DNA from: Candidatus Moduliflexus flocculans
Lineage (GTDB): Bacteria > Moduliflexota > Moduliflexia > Moduliflexales > Moduliflexaceae
DNA length: 46,509 nt
Assembly: GCA_000739515.1 (NCBI GenBank)
Contig: DF820455.1
Span: forward strand, 1,258,203-1,304,711
Reading direction: 5' to 3'
The stretch's first letter is position 1. The number at the start of each line of letters is the position of its first letter. The notes beneath the pieces were generated by a model that saw only the letters and a list, made by a program, of their open reading frames with translations, was not told the DNA's origin and searched no databases. The position numbers and the translations under genes are program-made. Shown here in pieces: positions 19,430 to 29,796 of this stretch.

Positions 19430-20197
19430 ATGAAACTTTCAACAAAGATTATTCTTACTACTGGAGTAGTAGCAATCGTTTTAGGCGTGTCTATTATTCA
19501 TGCGATTTCAAAAAAAATTGATCCTATAACAGATGCAATAAAACTGATTCTTGAGTCATTCAAAACGCAGAAAATCACGACAGAATATAAAACGTATGCC
19601 ACCGAAATAAAAGGAACAAACCGCTTGCAGCTTGCCACATTAAAAACGCAGGAAATTTTTACAAGAACTGAAAACTTAGATTATGTCTGGGGCTTGTTGA
19701 AATTCAGCGCTTCTGTCGAAATTTCCGCGCCGGTGGAATATACCTTTTATCTTGAATTGAACGACGGCTGGAAATTTTTAATCAACGATCCGGGCAATAC
19801 GCAAGTGACCGCGCTTGATGTCTATGTGCTTGCGCCGCCGATTCAAGCGAACGCCCCCGCGATTCATGTCTCCGAATGGCAAATCAAAGACGGCGAAACG
19901 AGCGTAATGATAGACGAAGGCGAGATGAAAAATAACCTGATTCGAGAGTTGGAAACCATCTGTCAGGGAGGCATCAGAGAAAAAATAGAGCAAGTCCGCC
20001 CAACTGTTCGCGATGAAGTCAGTACATTTGTCACGACCTGGTTTGTTGAAAACCGGTTCAAGGATTCCCCGATCAAGCCGCGCGTGGCGGGCGTTTATTT
20101 CGAGGATGAAGCCTTGCCGTCAAATGTGGCCGCGCTCTTGAAATTATCGCAAACCGAAACCATTCAACAGACGCCGAACGCAGGCCAAAACCTCTAA
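19430..20197 (+). CDS. Membrane-anchored hypothetical protein: one N-terminal transmembrane helix, then an extracytoplasmic domain. Possibly DUF4230-like.
   Basis: A strong AAGGAG RBS. N-terminal hydrophobic segment IILTTGVVAIVLGVSIIHAI. The first ~250 nt of the gene are conspicuously AT-rich relative to its neighbours. Confidence 0.6.
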   Translation: MKLSTKIILTTGVVAIVLGVSIIHAISKKIDPITDAIKLILESFKTQKITTEYKTYATEIKGTNRLQLATLKTQEIFTRTENLDYVWGLLKFSASVEISAPVEYTFYLELNDGWKFLINDPGNTQVTALDVYVLAPPIQANAPAIHVSEWQIKDGETSVMIDEGEMKNNLIRELETICQGGIREKIEQVRPTVRDEVSTFVTTWFVENRFKDSPIKPRVAGVYFEDEALPSNVAALLKLSQTETIQQTPNAGQNL

Positions 20198-20360
20198 TCA
20201 GCCATTAGCGCGTAGCGCTTGAAGTCTTGTAGATATGCCAGGTTGCGAGGAATCATTCGCCGTAGGCGATACGCTACGCGGTAGAATGCGCGGCGATTTT
20301 GATATTCTACAACACTCAAAGCCCTACGGGCTAAATTATTACAGGAAAGGAATCGTTGTC

Positions 20361-22106
20361 ATGCCAACGCTGAGAACTCAACGTATTCGCGTCATGATTT
20401 GTTGTCTGTTGTTCATCTCGGTCGTTTCATGTGGAGGAACTGATGATAGTCAGAAACCAACGCCGACGCCTGCCGCTCAATCGAATCTTCCCGGCGAGCC
20501 GACAGCCGCGCCCTCGCCGCAACCGACAGTTACGCCATCACCACAACTGACCGCGCAGCAAGACGCGCAGCGGATGGTCGTGCTGTTGAATTACCTGCAA
20601 ATCGCCTTGCTCAAAGTCGCGCATTACCAGGATCGCGTCATGTTAGATGGGGAATATCGCCATCTGTTGACGAATATCAAGCTGTCCACCATCAGCGATC
20701 AAGCGCTGGTCGCGTTTCTCAATGCGATGGCCGAACAATTCAAGCCATTCCTGCTGACCGATCAGGAAAGAAGGCTGCTCGATCAGCAATATCAGGAATT
20801 CGTCGTCAAGGCCATTTATGCCGACTATGCCCGCCAGACCGCGCAGCAGCCCGGCCTGCCGATGAGTTGTGCCGCCGCCGCATTGGTTCGGATCGGCGCG
20901 TTCCATGAGCATTACCGGCAGCATCTTGCGGAGTATCGTCAAGCGCTTGACAAGAGCGTCTGGGAATTGCCAGCGGAAGCGCTTCAGGTGATTCGCAATT
21001 CGCAAAGCCAATTTTCCGAAATGTACTGGCGATTTATCAAACAGCATCAACTGCCGGATACGTTGAATCCGTCGGAAGATCGCATTCAGCAGCTTATCAA
21101 ATTGCTGGACGAGCAAGACCAGGAAAAACGGCTGCGCTTGCTGCAAGACATGCAAACCGATTTTGCGGCGTTTCCCCCGCTGTGGCATGCGCTTGCGTCG
21201 CTGACGGCGCAAATTCTCCAGCCACAAGACGCCCTCCCGCTCTATCAGAAATTCGACGAGGCCAACATCAATGCGTTCAAATACGATCATGAATCCGCCG
21301 AAGTTCTGATGGAACGGCTGTTGCTGAATGAGGCGGACATGAATACGCAAGAGACGCTGCAACACATCATCGCCTTGTCGCCGGACGATTGGAGAAAAAA
21401 TTTGTTTGTCGCGTTTCAGGCGATGAAACACGCAGACTACCAAACCGCCAGGGACTTGATTCGAAAAAATCGCGACTTCGACAAAGACGAATCGCTTCAT
21501 CTGCGAGTGTTAGGAGAAATCGAAGCCGCCGCTCTTGAGGAACAAGCCTTAGAGCAGTTATTCTCTCAGATGTTTGCCAATGCCAACATTCGCTATCAGG
21601 ATATGCTCGGCTTGTTGGGACAAATACGCGGCGGCGCATTCCTGCAAAAGCAGTTGGACGCCTATCTGAAACCGGCGATTGCTCCGATCTCGTTTGCGTT
21701 GGATACGGCGCTGATTTATGGCGAGGACGAACTCACGATCTCATTTCCCGCGATCTGGTTTCGCAGCCGGAAAAATGCTGCTTCCGTCTCTGCCGGAATC
21801 GTCGGCGAAAGCAAGGAGATTCTGCCGTCAGACCCGAAAAATATCCAGCAAGAACATGATCCGGTTACGCTGACGTTTCCCGGTCTGTTCAAGGCAAAAG
21901 AGTTGTTGAAAAATAACGGGCATAAGACGATGTGGCTGAATATCTCCGATCATCTGCAAACGTCGTCGTTGTTTGTGGATATTTCCGTGAAAGACGTGAA
22001 TGGAAAACCAGCAATCGTGTTTGAGAAAACACAGCTTGCTGTCGGTGGGATTTGTTACGCGGTTTCCGGTTCGACCTGGGATCGAAAGCCAACATGCGAA
22101 TTTTGA
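20361..22106 (+). CDS. Hypothetical lipoprotein. The lipobox signal (ICCLLFISVVSC) is followed by a Pro/Thr-rich linker and a large helical domain.
   Basis: ATG 20361 is preceded by an AGGAAAGG RBS. The ORF-track start at 20235 would place the signal peptide internally. PT-rich low-complexity segment PTPTPAAQSNLPGEPTAAPSPQPTVTPSPQ. Confidence 0.6.
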   Translation: MPTLRTQRIRVMICCLLFISVVSCGGTDDSQKPTPTPAAQSNLPGEPTAAPSPQPTVTPSPQLTAQQDAQRMVVLLNYLQIALLKVAHYQDRVMLDGEYRHLLTNIKLSTISDQALVAFLNAMAEQFKPFLLTDQERRLLDQQYQEFVVKAIYADYARQTAQQPGLPMSCAAAALVRIGAFHEHYRQHLAEYRQALDKSVWELPAEALQVIRNSQSQFSEMYWRFIKQHQLPDTLNPSEDRIQQLIKLLDEQDQEKRLRLLQDMQTDFAAFPPLWHALASLTAQILQPQDALPLYQKFDEANINAFKYDHESAEVLMERLLLNEADMNTQETLQHIIALSPDDWRKNLFVAFQAMKHADYQTARDLIRKNRDFDKDESLHLRVLGEIEAAALEEQALEQLFSQMFANANIRYQDMLGLLGQIRGGAFLQKQLDAYLKPAIAPISFALDTALIYGEDELTISFPAIWFRSRKNAASVSAGIVGESKEILPSDPKNIQQEHDPVTLTFPGLFKAKELLKNNGHKTMWLNISDHLQTSSLFVDISVKDVNGKPAIVFEKTQLAVGGICYAVSGSTWDRKPTCEF

Positions 22107-22136
22107 AGAAACGTTTTTTCTTTCAGGAAAACAGAG

Positions 22137-22463
22137 ATGACATTCCTCGAACGCGCAATCAAATGGTATTTCAGCCGCATGAGCTACGAAGAAAAGGCGG
22201 CGCTGTTAGATCGAAGCGTGGAGTATTTTCTCGCGGGGATGTCGCCGCAGGAAAAGCAAGATTTGCTCGAACGCGTGGCGGCGAAACTGCTCGATGACGT
22301 GGAAATAAAAGACCTGCTGCCGAGTCTGTTGGCGATGATGTGGAAGCGCGTCGGTTCGGATGCCGAACGCGCAAATATTCTTGAAAAAACGTTCAAATTC
22401 GCCTCCGTCACCGGCGGCAAAATCTCTGATACGATGGCGTCCGCATTGAAGCGATTTTTGTAA
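22137..22463 (+). CDS. Small hypothetical protein of 108 aa, helical, with an internal duplicated motif (MSYEEKAALLDRSVEYFLAG / MSPQEKQDLLERVAAKLL).
   Basis: It lies 30 bp downstream of the lipoprotein gene on the same strand. No recognisable domain. Confidence 0.4.
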   Translation: MTFLERAIKWYFSRMSYEEKAALLDRSVEYFLAGMSPQEKQDLLERVAAKLLDDVEIKDLLPSLLAMMWKRVGSDAERANILEKTFKFASVTGGKISDTMASALKRFL

Positions 22464-22605
22464 TGACGCGCCGATGAACAGCCTTGTTCGTCGCGCATAG
22501 AAAAAAACGCATCAATCGGTTGCCCGATACGCGCTTGCGGCGGGCAGGGCTGTCTGCCGGTACGTAAGGTGTTATCATGTAACTGTTACCAAAGGAGTTG
22601 ATGTC

Positions 22606-23541
22606 ATGAACACAAAACAACATGCTGGAAATATGTTTGTTCGTATTGCTTTCTTGCTGTGTCTGTTGGTCTCCTCCGCATTTGCGGAAGATGCGATTCA
22701 GATTTACGCCCCGCCGACGCCGTCGTCCATTCCGTTTATCCTCGCGGCGCAGCAGATGGACGACATAGACATCACGATTTTTGCCGATCACTCGCAGGCG
22801 CATACACTCTTTCTGCGGGGTGATGTGCCGATGTTAGTCACCGGGTTATCGGTAGGGATCAATTTTTTCAAGCAGGGCGTGCCGGTTCAACTCGTGAACA
22901 GCAGTGTCAGCGGCTTGACCTATTTAATCACAAAAGGCAAGCAGGTCAGTAGTTTTAAAGAATTGGCGGGCGAAGATATTTATCTGCCGTTCGAAGGTTC
23001 GCCGATTGAAGAGATTACGAAATTTTTAGCGGAAAAAGAAGGCGTGGTCTGGGGCAAGGAACTCATGCCGAAATACGCGCCATTTCCATCGGCGCTGGAA
23101 TTGCTGAAGGCCGGCAAAATCAGCGTTATCGCCCTGCCAGAGCCGTCAGCTACGGTAGCCGCCGCGCAGAAGGATGTCTTTGTTTCGTTCGGCTATCAAG
23201 AAAAATGGGATGCGTTGACCGGCAGCAGCGGCGGCTATCCGCAAGTCGGCATGTTCGTCAAAAAAGAGTGGGCAGAGCAGCATCGCGAACTGCTCGCGAA
23301 ATTGCATCAGAACCTTCAGGCCTCAATTCAGCGCGTGCAGGAGCATCCTGAAGAGGTGGTCGCCGCGAGTAAAGACTACTTTCAATTCCCGGAAAAAGTG
23401 CTGATTGCCTCGCTCAAACGAACAACCTTTGCGCTGAAAATCAATGCCGATTTGCAGCAAGACGTTTCTGGATATTATCAGACGATTGGACAGCCCTTAG
23501 ATGACTCGTTTCAGAGCTTTTTTTACCGCGATCCGCAATAA
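22606..23541 (+). CDS. ABC transporter periplasmic substrate-binding protein (NMT1/THI5-like, NitT/TauT family).
   Basis: Signal peptide MNTKQHAGNMFVRIAFLLCLLVSSAFA. Gene order SBP, then permease, then ATPase. Confidence 0.7.
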   Translation: MNTKQHAGNMFVRIAFLLCLLVSSAFAEDAIQIYAPPTPSSIPFILAAQQMDDIDITIFADHSQAHTLFLRGDVPMLVTGLSVGINFFKQGVPVQLVNSSVSGLTYLITKGKQVSSFKELAGEDIYLPFEGSPIEEITKFLAEKEGVVWGKELMPKYAPFPSALELLKAGKISVIALPEPSATVAAAQKDVFVSFGYQEKWDALTGSSGGYPQVGMFVKKEWAEQHRELLAKLHQNLQASIQRVQEHPEEVVAASKDYFQFPEKVLIASLKRTTFALKINADLQQDVSGYYQTIGQPLDDSFQSFFYRDPQ

Positions 23542-24262
23542 TCTTTTCGCGCTGGTGTTGTTTCTTGTGGCCTGGGCGGCGGCCTCGCTGTTTTTCCCGC
23601 CGTATATCGTGCCGTCGCCTCTCGCGGTTCTGCGAGAAACGCCGGTCTATTTTCAGCCCGCCATGCTGCATCACCTATTCGTGACGCTCTATCGCGTATC
23701 GGTCGGGTTTGTCATTGCGGTCTGTGGCGGAACGCTTTTAGCGATCATCGCTGCGCCGCTGCGAAAAACCGCGCAATTGACCACGCTGATGAGCCTGTTC
23801 GAAGTGCTGCCGGGGATGATTGTCGGCATTATTTTTCTGCTGATTTTCGGGCTTGGGCATGGCGTTCCCATCGGGTTAGTCGCGTTCTTAACGCTTCCGG
23901 CGATTGCGATTAACACCAGCGGCGGATTAGCGAAAAAAAATCGGCTGTTAGAAGATTATCTGCGCTCTATCGGCGGAACGCGGCGGCACATTCTGCGCAA
24001 TATCTACCTGCCGGTGTTAGTGCCGACGTTGCAAAGCAATCTGACGATGGGGTTCAGCCAGGCGTTAAAAATTGTCATTCTCGGCGAATTTATCGGCTCG
24101 CAGGACGGCATCGGCTATTTGCTGAACGTGGCGAAAATCTATTTCAATATGAACGCGGTCTTTTTTCATCTTTCCATCGTGCTGCTCTTCATGCTCGTCT
24201 TTCAGGTCACTCAGCAATTGTTGTTTCTGTTGTGTTTAGGAAAGTATTTTTATGCCGAGTAA
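23501..24262 (+). CDS. ABC transporter permease (NitT/TauT family).
   Basis: Multiple predicted TM helices. EAA-like loop region. Overlaps the upstream SBP gene by about 40 nt, so the start is uncertain. Confidence 0.7.
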   Translation: MTRFRAFFTAIRNNLFALVLFLVAWAAASLFFPPYIVPSPLAVLRETPVYFQPAMLHHLFVTLYRVSVGFVIAVCGGTLLAIIAAPLRKTAQLTTLMSLFEVLPGMIVGIIFLLIFGLGHGVPIGLVAFLTLPAIAINTSGGLAKKNRLLEDYLRSIGGTRRHILRNIYLPVLVPTLQSNLTMGFSQALKIVILGEFIGSQDGIGYLLNVAKIYFNMNAVFFHLSIVLLFMLVFQVTQQLLFLLCLGKYFYAE

Positions 24263-24947
24263 TGCCGCTTTTCCCATGCTTTCCGTGAACGCGCTAAACA
24301 AATCCTATGGGGCGCGACGCGTGATTGACCGGCTGTCGTTTTCCATTCCAGCCAGAGAGCGTGTCACAATATTTGCTCCATCCGGCGCGGGGAAATCCAC
24401 GCTGATCAATATTCTTTCCGGCGTGGACAAGCCGGATGATGGCGCCTATACGTTTCGAACAGCAGCGCGGCCCAGCACAATTTTTCAAGAGCCGCGTCTG
24501 TTTCCTTATATGACTGTGCAAGAAAACATCTTCTTCCCGCTGCGCGTCCAACAACAACCGATCACGCCAGAACGCCTGGAACGCTATCATGATTGGTTAG
24601 AGGTTTGCAATCTTGCAAGAGACACACACCACTACCCCTATCAGCTTTCCGGCGGCATGAAACAGAAAGTCGCCTTCATTCGCGGCATGATCACGTTCCC
24701 CGACGTGGTGCTGATGGATGAGCCGTTTAAATCTATTGACATGGCCTCGAAACAGCGCATGATGGCGCATTTGCTGAACGCGCATCCGAACATCACGCTG
24801 CTGCTCGTGACACATAACCTCGACGAAATCCCGCTGTTGACGTCAACGCTGTTTGTCTTTCATGAAAATCAATTAGGCCGGTTTACCACGTATTCCGACG
24901 TGGCATCGCTCTCCGTGCCAGAAATCGCGACTAGGATTTTTGGATGA
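24252..24947 (+). CDS. ABC transporter ATP-binding protein.
   Basis: Walker A APSGAGKST. Signature LSGGMKQKVAFIRGM. Walker B VVLMDEPF. Confidence 0.85.
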   Translation: MPSNAAFPMLSVNALNKSYGARRVIDRLSFSIPARERVTIFAPSGAGKSTLINILSGVDKPDDGAYTFRTAARPSTIFQEPRLFPYMTVQENIFFPLRVQQQPITPERLERYHDWLEVCNLARDTHHYPYQLSGGMKQKVAFIRGMITFPDVVLMDEPFKSIDMASKQRMMAHLLNAHPNITLLLVTHNLDEIPLLTSTLFVFHENQLGRFTTYSDVASLSVPEIATRIFG

Positions 24948-25176
24948 GTAACATGGCTGTTGCGATGTAAGTGCTGAGATTCTGTCAAATTCTCCGGGAA
25001 ATTGCAAAGAATTATTTGACATCTTTTATGGAAAATTGCAAGAGGACTTTCGTGCGAGGTTTGCCGCATAGCAACATCCGAAACATCTGTTTCATAATGC
25101 GGAATATCCATTTTTGCTATTCGTCAATTGCTTCAGCAGCCAACTGACTTCACAGGAACAGAGGAGGGCTGAAGAG

Positions 25177-26109
25177 ATGGCAGAACAACGATTTCGATTA
25201 GTGACTCGCAGTGATTTTGATGGGTTAGTGTGCGCGGTCTTATTGAAAGAGCTCGATCTGATTGATGAGATTAAATTTGTGCATCCGAAAGACATGCAGG
25301 ATGGCAAAATCGAGATCACCACAAATGATATTACCACCAATTTACCCTATGTCGAAGGCGTGCATCTTGCATTCGACCATCACCTGAGCGAAACAATCCG
25401 CATCAGCGGCAAAAAAGACAACCATATTATTGATCCCGACGCGCCGTCTGCGGCCAGAGTTGTCTATAATTATTATGGCGGGAAAGCCAGATTCACAGAG
25501 ATTTCCGATGACATGATGGCGGCAGTAGATAAGGGCGATTCCGCGCAATTTACCAGAGAAGAAATTTTACATCCAACGGGCTGGGTGCTGTTGCATTTTT
25601 TGATGGATGCCCGCACAGGTTTAGGTCGTTTCAGGGAATTCCGCATTTCCAATTATCAATTGATGATGGATTTGATCGCCTATTGCAAGGAACATACGAT
25701 CAACGAAATCCTGGCGTTGCCTGATGTCAATGAGCGGGTTGAATTGTATTTTGAGCATGAAGAACGCTTTATTGACCAGATTAAACGCTGCGCGAAAGTC
25801 TATCAAAATCTTGTAGTGCTTGACCTGCGGGATGAAGAAGTGATTTACGCCGGCAACCGGTTTATGATTTATGCGCTCTTTCCGCAATGCAATATTTCGA
25901 TGCATGTCTTATGGGGCGTCAAACAGCAGAATACCGTGTTTGCGGTCGGCAAATCAATCTTGAATCGCACGTCAAAGACCAATATCGGCGAATTGATGCT
26001 CAAATACGGCGGCGGCGGCCATGCAAACGCCGGCACCTGTCAGATTGAGAACAGTCAAGCCAATGCCATGCTTCAGAAAGTGATTGCTGCCATCACGGCA
26101 GAGGGGTAA
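25177..26109 (+). CDS. DHH/DHHA1-family phosphoesterase (NrnA-like).
   Basis: Motif I TRSDFDGLVCAVLL. DHH motif LAFDHH. DHHA1 motif GGGGHANAG. A GAGGAGGG RBS precedes ATG 25177. Confidence 0.75.
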   Translation: MAEQRFRLVTRSDFDGLVCAVLLKELDLIDEIKFVHPKDMQDGKIEITTNDITTNLPYVEGVHLAFDHHLSETIRISGKKDNHIIDPDAPSAARVVYNYYGGKARFTEISDDMMAAVDKGDSAQFTREEILHPTGWVLLHFLMDARTGLGRFREFRISNYQLMMDLIAYCKEHTINEILALPDVNERVELYFEHEERFIDQIKRCAKVYQNLVVLDLRDEEVIYAGNRFMIYALFPQCNISMHVLWGVKQQNTVFAVGKSILNRTSKTNIGELMLKYGGGGHANAGTCQIENSQANAMLQKVIAAITAEG

Positions 26110-26146
26110 TTATCAACCATTCACCATACAGAAGGAGGAAAAACCG

Positions 26147-26413
26147 ATGCATGCGAAAAGACATTTGATTTGCGGCATTCACATCACAGACCGTTTGCAA
26201 CACGCGGTCAAAGTGCAAGAATTACTCACGCAGTATGGAAAGTTTATCAAGACCCGCCTCGGATTGCACGAAGTCGGCGAAGGCAATGATTCGCCGAATG
26301 GCTTGCTGCTGTTGGAATTTCTCGATGATGAAGCGGCATTTACCAAATTTACTGGAGACATCGCCAAAGTCGAAGGGATCGAAGTGCAGAAAATGATTTT
26401 TGAACATCCGTAA
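26147..26413 (+). CDS. Small ACT-fold protein of the TM1266-like family (the family annotated as putative iron-only hydrogenase system regulator).
   Basis: Pattern R.LI.GI.I.DR...V..V.ELLT.YG..I..RLG...........G.L.LE..........TG.I.KVEGI.V... recalled from the TIGR03959 family. A GAAGGAGGA RBS precedes ATG 26147. Confidence 0.5.
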   Translation: MHAKRHLICGIHITDRLQHAVKVQELLTQYGKFIKTRLGLHEVGEGNDSPNGLLLLEFLDDEAAFTKFTGDIAKVEGIEVQKMIFEHP

Positions 26414-26498
26414 GCGAGGATAACATTGGCGTGTCAGGCGCTTCCTGTGCGCCTGACACGCATGAAACGTGTTTCAACATAACCGCGCTGATGATTCT

Positions 26499-28190
26499 TT
26501 ACGTCAGGATCGGCGCATCGTGGCGGTCTTCGTTCATTAATTGTTGTACCTGTTCGATAATTCCGGTGAGTTGCTGGCTCACGCGCCCAATATTCTCCGA
26601 GCTTTGCGCCACCTGCTGCACAAATTGTTCAATTTCCCCGACACCGGCAGAAACAGCGGCTTGCATCACCTGCACCATCTCTTCAATGTCTAAAGTGGCA
26701 ACCGCAGTCTGGTCAGCCAGCCGCCGGATTTCCTGAGCCACCACAGCAAAACCGCGCCCGTATTCTCCCGCTTTTTCGGCTTCAATCGCCGCGTTTAATG
26801 AGAGTAAATTCGTTTGATCCGCGACGCGCGTGATCGTGGTGATCATGCTGGTAATGTTTTGGGCTTTATCGTGAATTTCCTGAAGCTTTTCCGCGATTGT
26901 TCTGGATGCCTGCTCCATATAGCCCATCGAATCGTCCATCCTGGAAATATTGACGTGGCTGATTTTCGCTAAATCGGAGGTCTTCTTTGAAACGGCTGCG
27001 ATAAATTGGCGTCTGGCCTCCGCGAGTTCTCGCTCTTTCGCGGCCTGTTCCTGTTCTTTCAGCGTTTTCGCGCGTGCTTTGGTTTCCGTAATATCAGCCA
27101 GAAAGCCTTCATAATACTGCGTTGTCCCATCAGTGTCACAGACTGCCCGCGCGGAGAGCGCCCCCCAGAAAGGGGTGCCATCGTGGCGTTTTCCCTCAAT
27201 TTCAAGTCCAAAGACATGATCGTGCGTTTGCAGATGAGCGATAAAGCTATTCCACTCAGCAGAAGCCGAAAAAAGATAGCTCCGCAGAGAAGTCACGCGC
27301 TCTTCGAGGTCTTCAACAGAATTGAACCCTAATATTTTTGCCATCGCGGCATTGGTTCGCAACACATTTCCCGTGTCTGGCGCGATTTGAAAGATGCCTT
27401 CCAGCGCATTTTCGAAAATTTTGCGATACCGCTCTTCGGCTTGCCGCAAATCATCAATATTGTTGCGAATCACATCGCGCATCATCGCAAAGCTGGAGGC
27501 TAACGCGCCGAGTTCGTCGCCGCGCCGCGTGTCAATCGTCTGCTCCAAATTCCCCTGCGCAACATGTTCAACGTTTGTTTGCAGGGTGCTGATTGGGAAC
27601 ACCACAGCCCGGCGGATAAAAATAATAATGGCGGCGGAAGTCACGAAAATGCACAAAAACGAGCCAAACACAAACATATTTCGAATGCGCTCTTTTTGCG
27701 CTTCAGACTGTTTTGTATTGACTTTGATAAATGCAACGAAGACGGGTTCGCCGCCTTCATACGCGACAATCGGCGTAGCGCAGATCAAAAATGCGTCTTG
27801 TTTGGCGGTTTGGCGAAACACGCGGGTCGTTTTTAGCTCCGAGGCGTTGCTCGTTTCTTGAATCCAGGCAATGTCAGCGCGCGTTTTTCGAATATCGTCA
27901 GGATGAAGCGCATAATAGACTTTTTGATCGGTGCCAATGACGACGCCGTCTTCGAAGTCTTCCCCCACGATTTCTGTCATCACCTCTTTATTCGAGACAG
28001 ACTCGTAGCGAAGCAGTTGGCGATTCATGAGAATGCCGGGGAGTCGAATCTGCGCATCCATGCGATTATCAATCTCATGCGAAAACCGATTGATGTAGTA
28101 GAGGCCGAGCATCGCAAACGCGACGGCCTCGACCACAATCACCGCCAGACTGATTTTGATGCTCAGACTTTTCAACCAGAGTTGTTTCAT
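26499..28190 (-). CDS. Methyl-accepting chemotaxis protein: 2 TM helices with a periplasmic domain, then HAMP, cytoplasmic PAS and the MCP signalling domain.
   Basis: HAMP ([14 protein letters not shown]). PAS ([14 protein letters not shown]). MCP highly conserved region [34 protein letters not shown]. The start ATG overlaps the stop of the upstream SBP gene as ATGA. Confidence 0.85.
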   Translation of the reverse strand: MKQLWLKSLSIKISLAVIVVEAVAFAMLGLYYINRFSHEIDNRMDAQIRLPGILMNRQLLRYESVSNKEVMTEIVGEDFEDGVVIGTDQKVYYALHPDDIRKTRADIAWIQETSNASELKTTRVFRQTAKQDAFLICATPIVAYEGGEPVFVAFIKVNTKQSEAQKERIRNMFVFGSFLCIFVTSAAIIIFIRRAVVFPISTLQTNVEHVAQGNLEQTIDTRRGDELGALASSFAMMRDVIRNNIDDLRQAEERYRKIFENALEGIFQIAPDTGNVLRTNAAMAKILGFNSVEDLEERVTSLRSYLFSASAEWNSFIAHLQTHDHVFGLEIEGKRHDGTPFWGALSARAVCDTDGTTQYYEGFLADITETKARAKTLKEQEQAAKERELAEARRQFIAAVSKKTSDLAKISHVNISRMDDSMGYMEQASRTIAEKLQEIHDKAQNITSMITTITRVADQTNLLSLNAAIEAEKAGEYGRGFAVVAQEIRRLADQTAVATLDIEEMVQVMQAAVSAGVGEIEQFVQQVAQSSENIGRVSQQLTGIIEQVQQLMNEDRHDAPILT

Positions 28191-29464
28191 TGTGGCAGAA
28201 CCTTCTGCTTTTGTTGTTCGACATCCTTGAGAATCGCGGGGATGGCGTCAGGTTGATCGAGAAATTTCGCAAACGCATTCAGCCCCAATTCCGCGACATC
28301 CGGGTCAGTCGCTAAATCATAATTAAACGCCCAGTTCGGCGCGGCACGAATCGCGTCAAGAATGCGCTGTTGTAGATCGGAATAAAACGAGGAAGGCACG
28401 TTCATATTGGGCGATAATGCGCCGGACCCCTGGCTCATTTTCTGCTGGGGTTCAACATCCGAAAAATAGACCATCGCTGTTTTCGCAGCCTTCACTTTTC
28501 CTTCTTTCGCTACCGCAATTGCGTCAATCGGCCCTAATGACGCGCCAGGGACCTCTGGCGTCACCGCCGGGAACGGGAAAAAGTCATAATCCTGTCCCTG
28601 TTTCCAGCCAAGCTGCCCATCAAACAGACCGATAATCCATGTTCCCATCAGCGTCATCGCCGCCTCGCCATGAAATAGCTGTTTCGCCGCCTCTGACCAA
28701 TCCAGCATATTGGGGTTCGTTGTCAAATAACCTTGCGAAATCAAGTCTTTCCAGAGCGAAAACGCGGCGCTGACTTCAGGATCGGTATAAGCGGCGTGAT
28801 GCGTCATTAAGCGCTGCCGATATTCCGGCCCGGCAGTGCGCAGAAGCAGATAATCGAACCAGAATTGCGCCGGCCAGCGGTCGCGCGCGCCAAGCGCAAT
28901 CGGCGTGATGCCTGCGGCTTTGATCTTCTGGCAGGCGGCGAGAAATTCCTCCCAGGTGGCGGGAGGCGTCAGATTTAATTGTTGAAAAATCCGCGTGTTG
29001 TAAAACAAGGCAACATAATGCTGCGTGACCGGAATGATATATTTTTGTCCGTTATAGGTACAGGCTTGCCCAATGGCTGCGGGGAAACGCTCATCCATTT
29101 TTTCCGCCGCCCAGATATCGTCAATCGCGTCTAAATATCCCTCTTTCACTAATGCTTGAACGCGCGCTCCAGCCCAATAGGAAAACATATCCGGTGGATT
29201 GCCGCCCGCTAACATGACCTTGATGCTGATTTTGAAGGATTCATGCTCAAATCCTGTCGCTCTGACGGTATATTCGGGATGGATTGCGCTGAACGCGCTG
29301 ACCATGTCGTTAATCCCGCCGCTTAACGCGCCTGTCCAATAATGCAGAAAAATAATTTGCTCCGTTTCCGCCGCAAAAAGCTTGCCTGTGAACATAACTC
29401 CGCTCATGATCACCAGCCATGCCGCCATGTTCTTCAGCCTGAACGTCGCTCTTCGTGTTCGCAT
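28187..29464 (-). CDS. Extracellular solute-binding protein, family 1 (MalE-like sugar-binding SBP), translationally coupled to the downstream MCP gene.
   Basis: Signal peptide. A perfect AAGGAGG RBS upstream of ATG 29464. Typical SBP_bac_1 N-terminal pattern (IIFLHYWTG...[13 protein letters not shown]). Confidence 0.75.
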   Translation of the reverse strand: MRTRRATFRLKNMAAWLVIMSGVMFTGKLFAAETEQIIFLHYWTGALSGGINDMVSAFSAIHPEYTVRATGFEHESFKISIKVMLAGGNPPDMFSYWAGARVQALVKEGYLDAIDDIWAAEKMDERFPAAIGQACTYNGQKYIIPVTQHYVALFYNTRIFQQLNLTPPATWEEFLAACQKIKAAGITPIALGARDRWPAQFWFDYLLLRTAGPEYRQRLMTHHAAYTDPEVSAAFSLWKDLISQGYLTTNPNMLDWSEAAKQLFHGEAAMTLMGTWIIGLFDGQLGWKQGQDYDFFPFPAVTPEVPGASLGPIDAIAVAKEGKVKAAKTAMVYFSDVEPQQKMSQGSGALSPNMNVPSSFYSDLQQRILDAIRAAPNWAFNYDLATDPDVAELGLNAFAKFLDQPDAIPAILKDVEQQKQKVLPQ

Positions 29465-29759
29465 ACGCTCCTCCTTCGTTTTAATGGTTTTTGGATAAGA
29501 CCTCAGAGGCTGTTCTAACAGTCTGGAGTGCCAAAGCTTGCTTTGGCTGACAACGCAAGCAATGAACTGTCATAATGCTCGCATCTATGTATAGAAGGGA
29601 AAGTAAGGTTGTTCGATGAGAAAGTCAATAAAAAAATAGGAAAGACAGAAATGTCTTGTCACAATAATAATCTACGGCAGATTAACTGATGGGTTGAACA
29701 TGCCGCGCTGGAATTACGCTTGACAGAATGCTCGGCGTTCTGATAAGGTTGCGGGGAAA

Positions 29760-29796
29760 CTGTCAGACACCTTAAAGGTGTCTGACAGTTTTTTGG
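29760..29796 (+). terminator. Family-2 hairpin CTGTCAGACACCT-taa-AGGTGTCTGACAG plus TTTTTTGG. A strong intrinsic-terminator-like structure 50 bp upstream of cbiD.
   Basis: 13-bp perfect stem followed by a T6 run on the plus strand. It lies in the cbiD leader. Confidence 0.6.

Noticed and set aside
22464-22605. TPP or other riboswitch upstream of the NMT1/THI5-like ABC transporter.
   Set aside because: No CTGAGA or thi-box-like motif. Only a short imperfect hairpin.
29560-29760. Looked for a canonical cobalamin riboswitch (B12 box, GCCACTG core, GGTG..AATCC) in the cbiD leader.
   Set aside because: None of the conserved core motifs is present on either strand. Only the terminator-like hairpin is evident, so it is reported as a candidate attenuator and not as a riboswitch.
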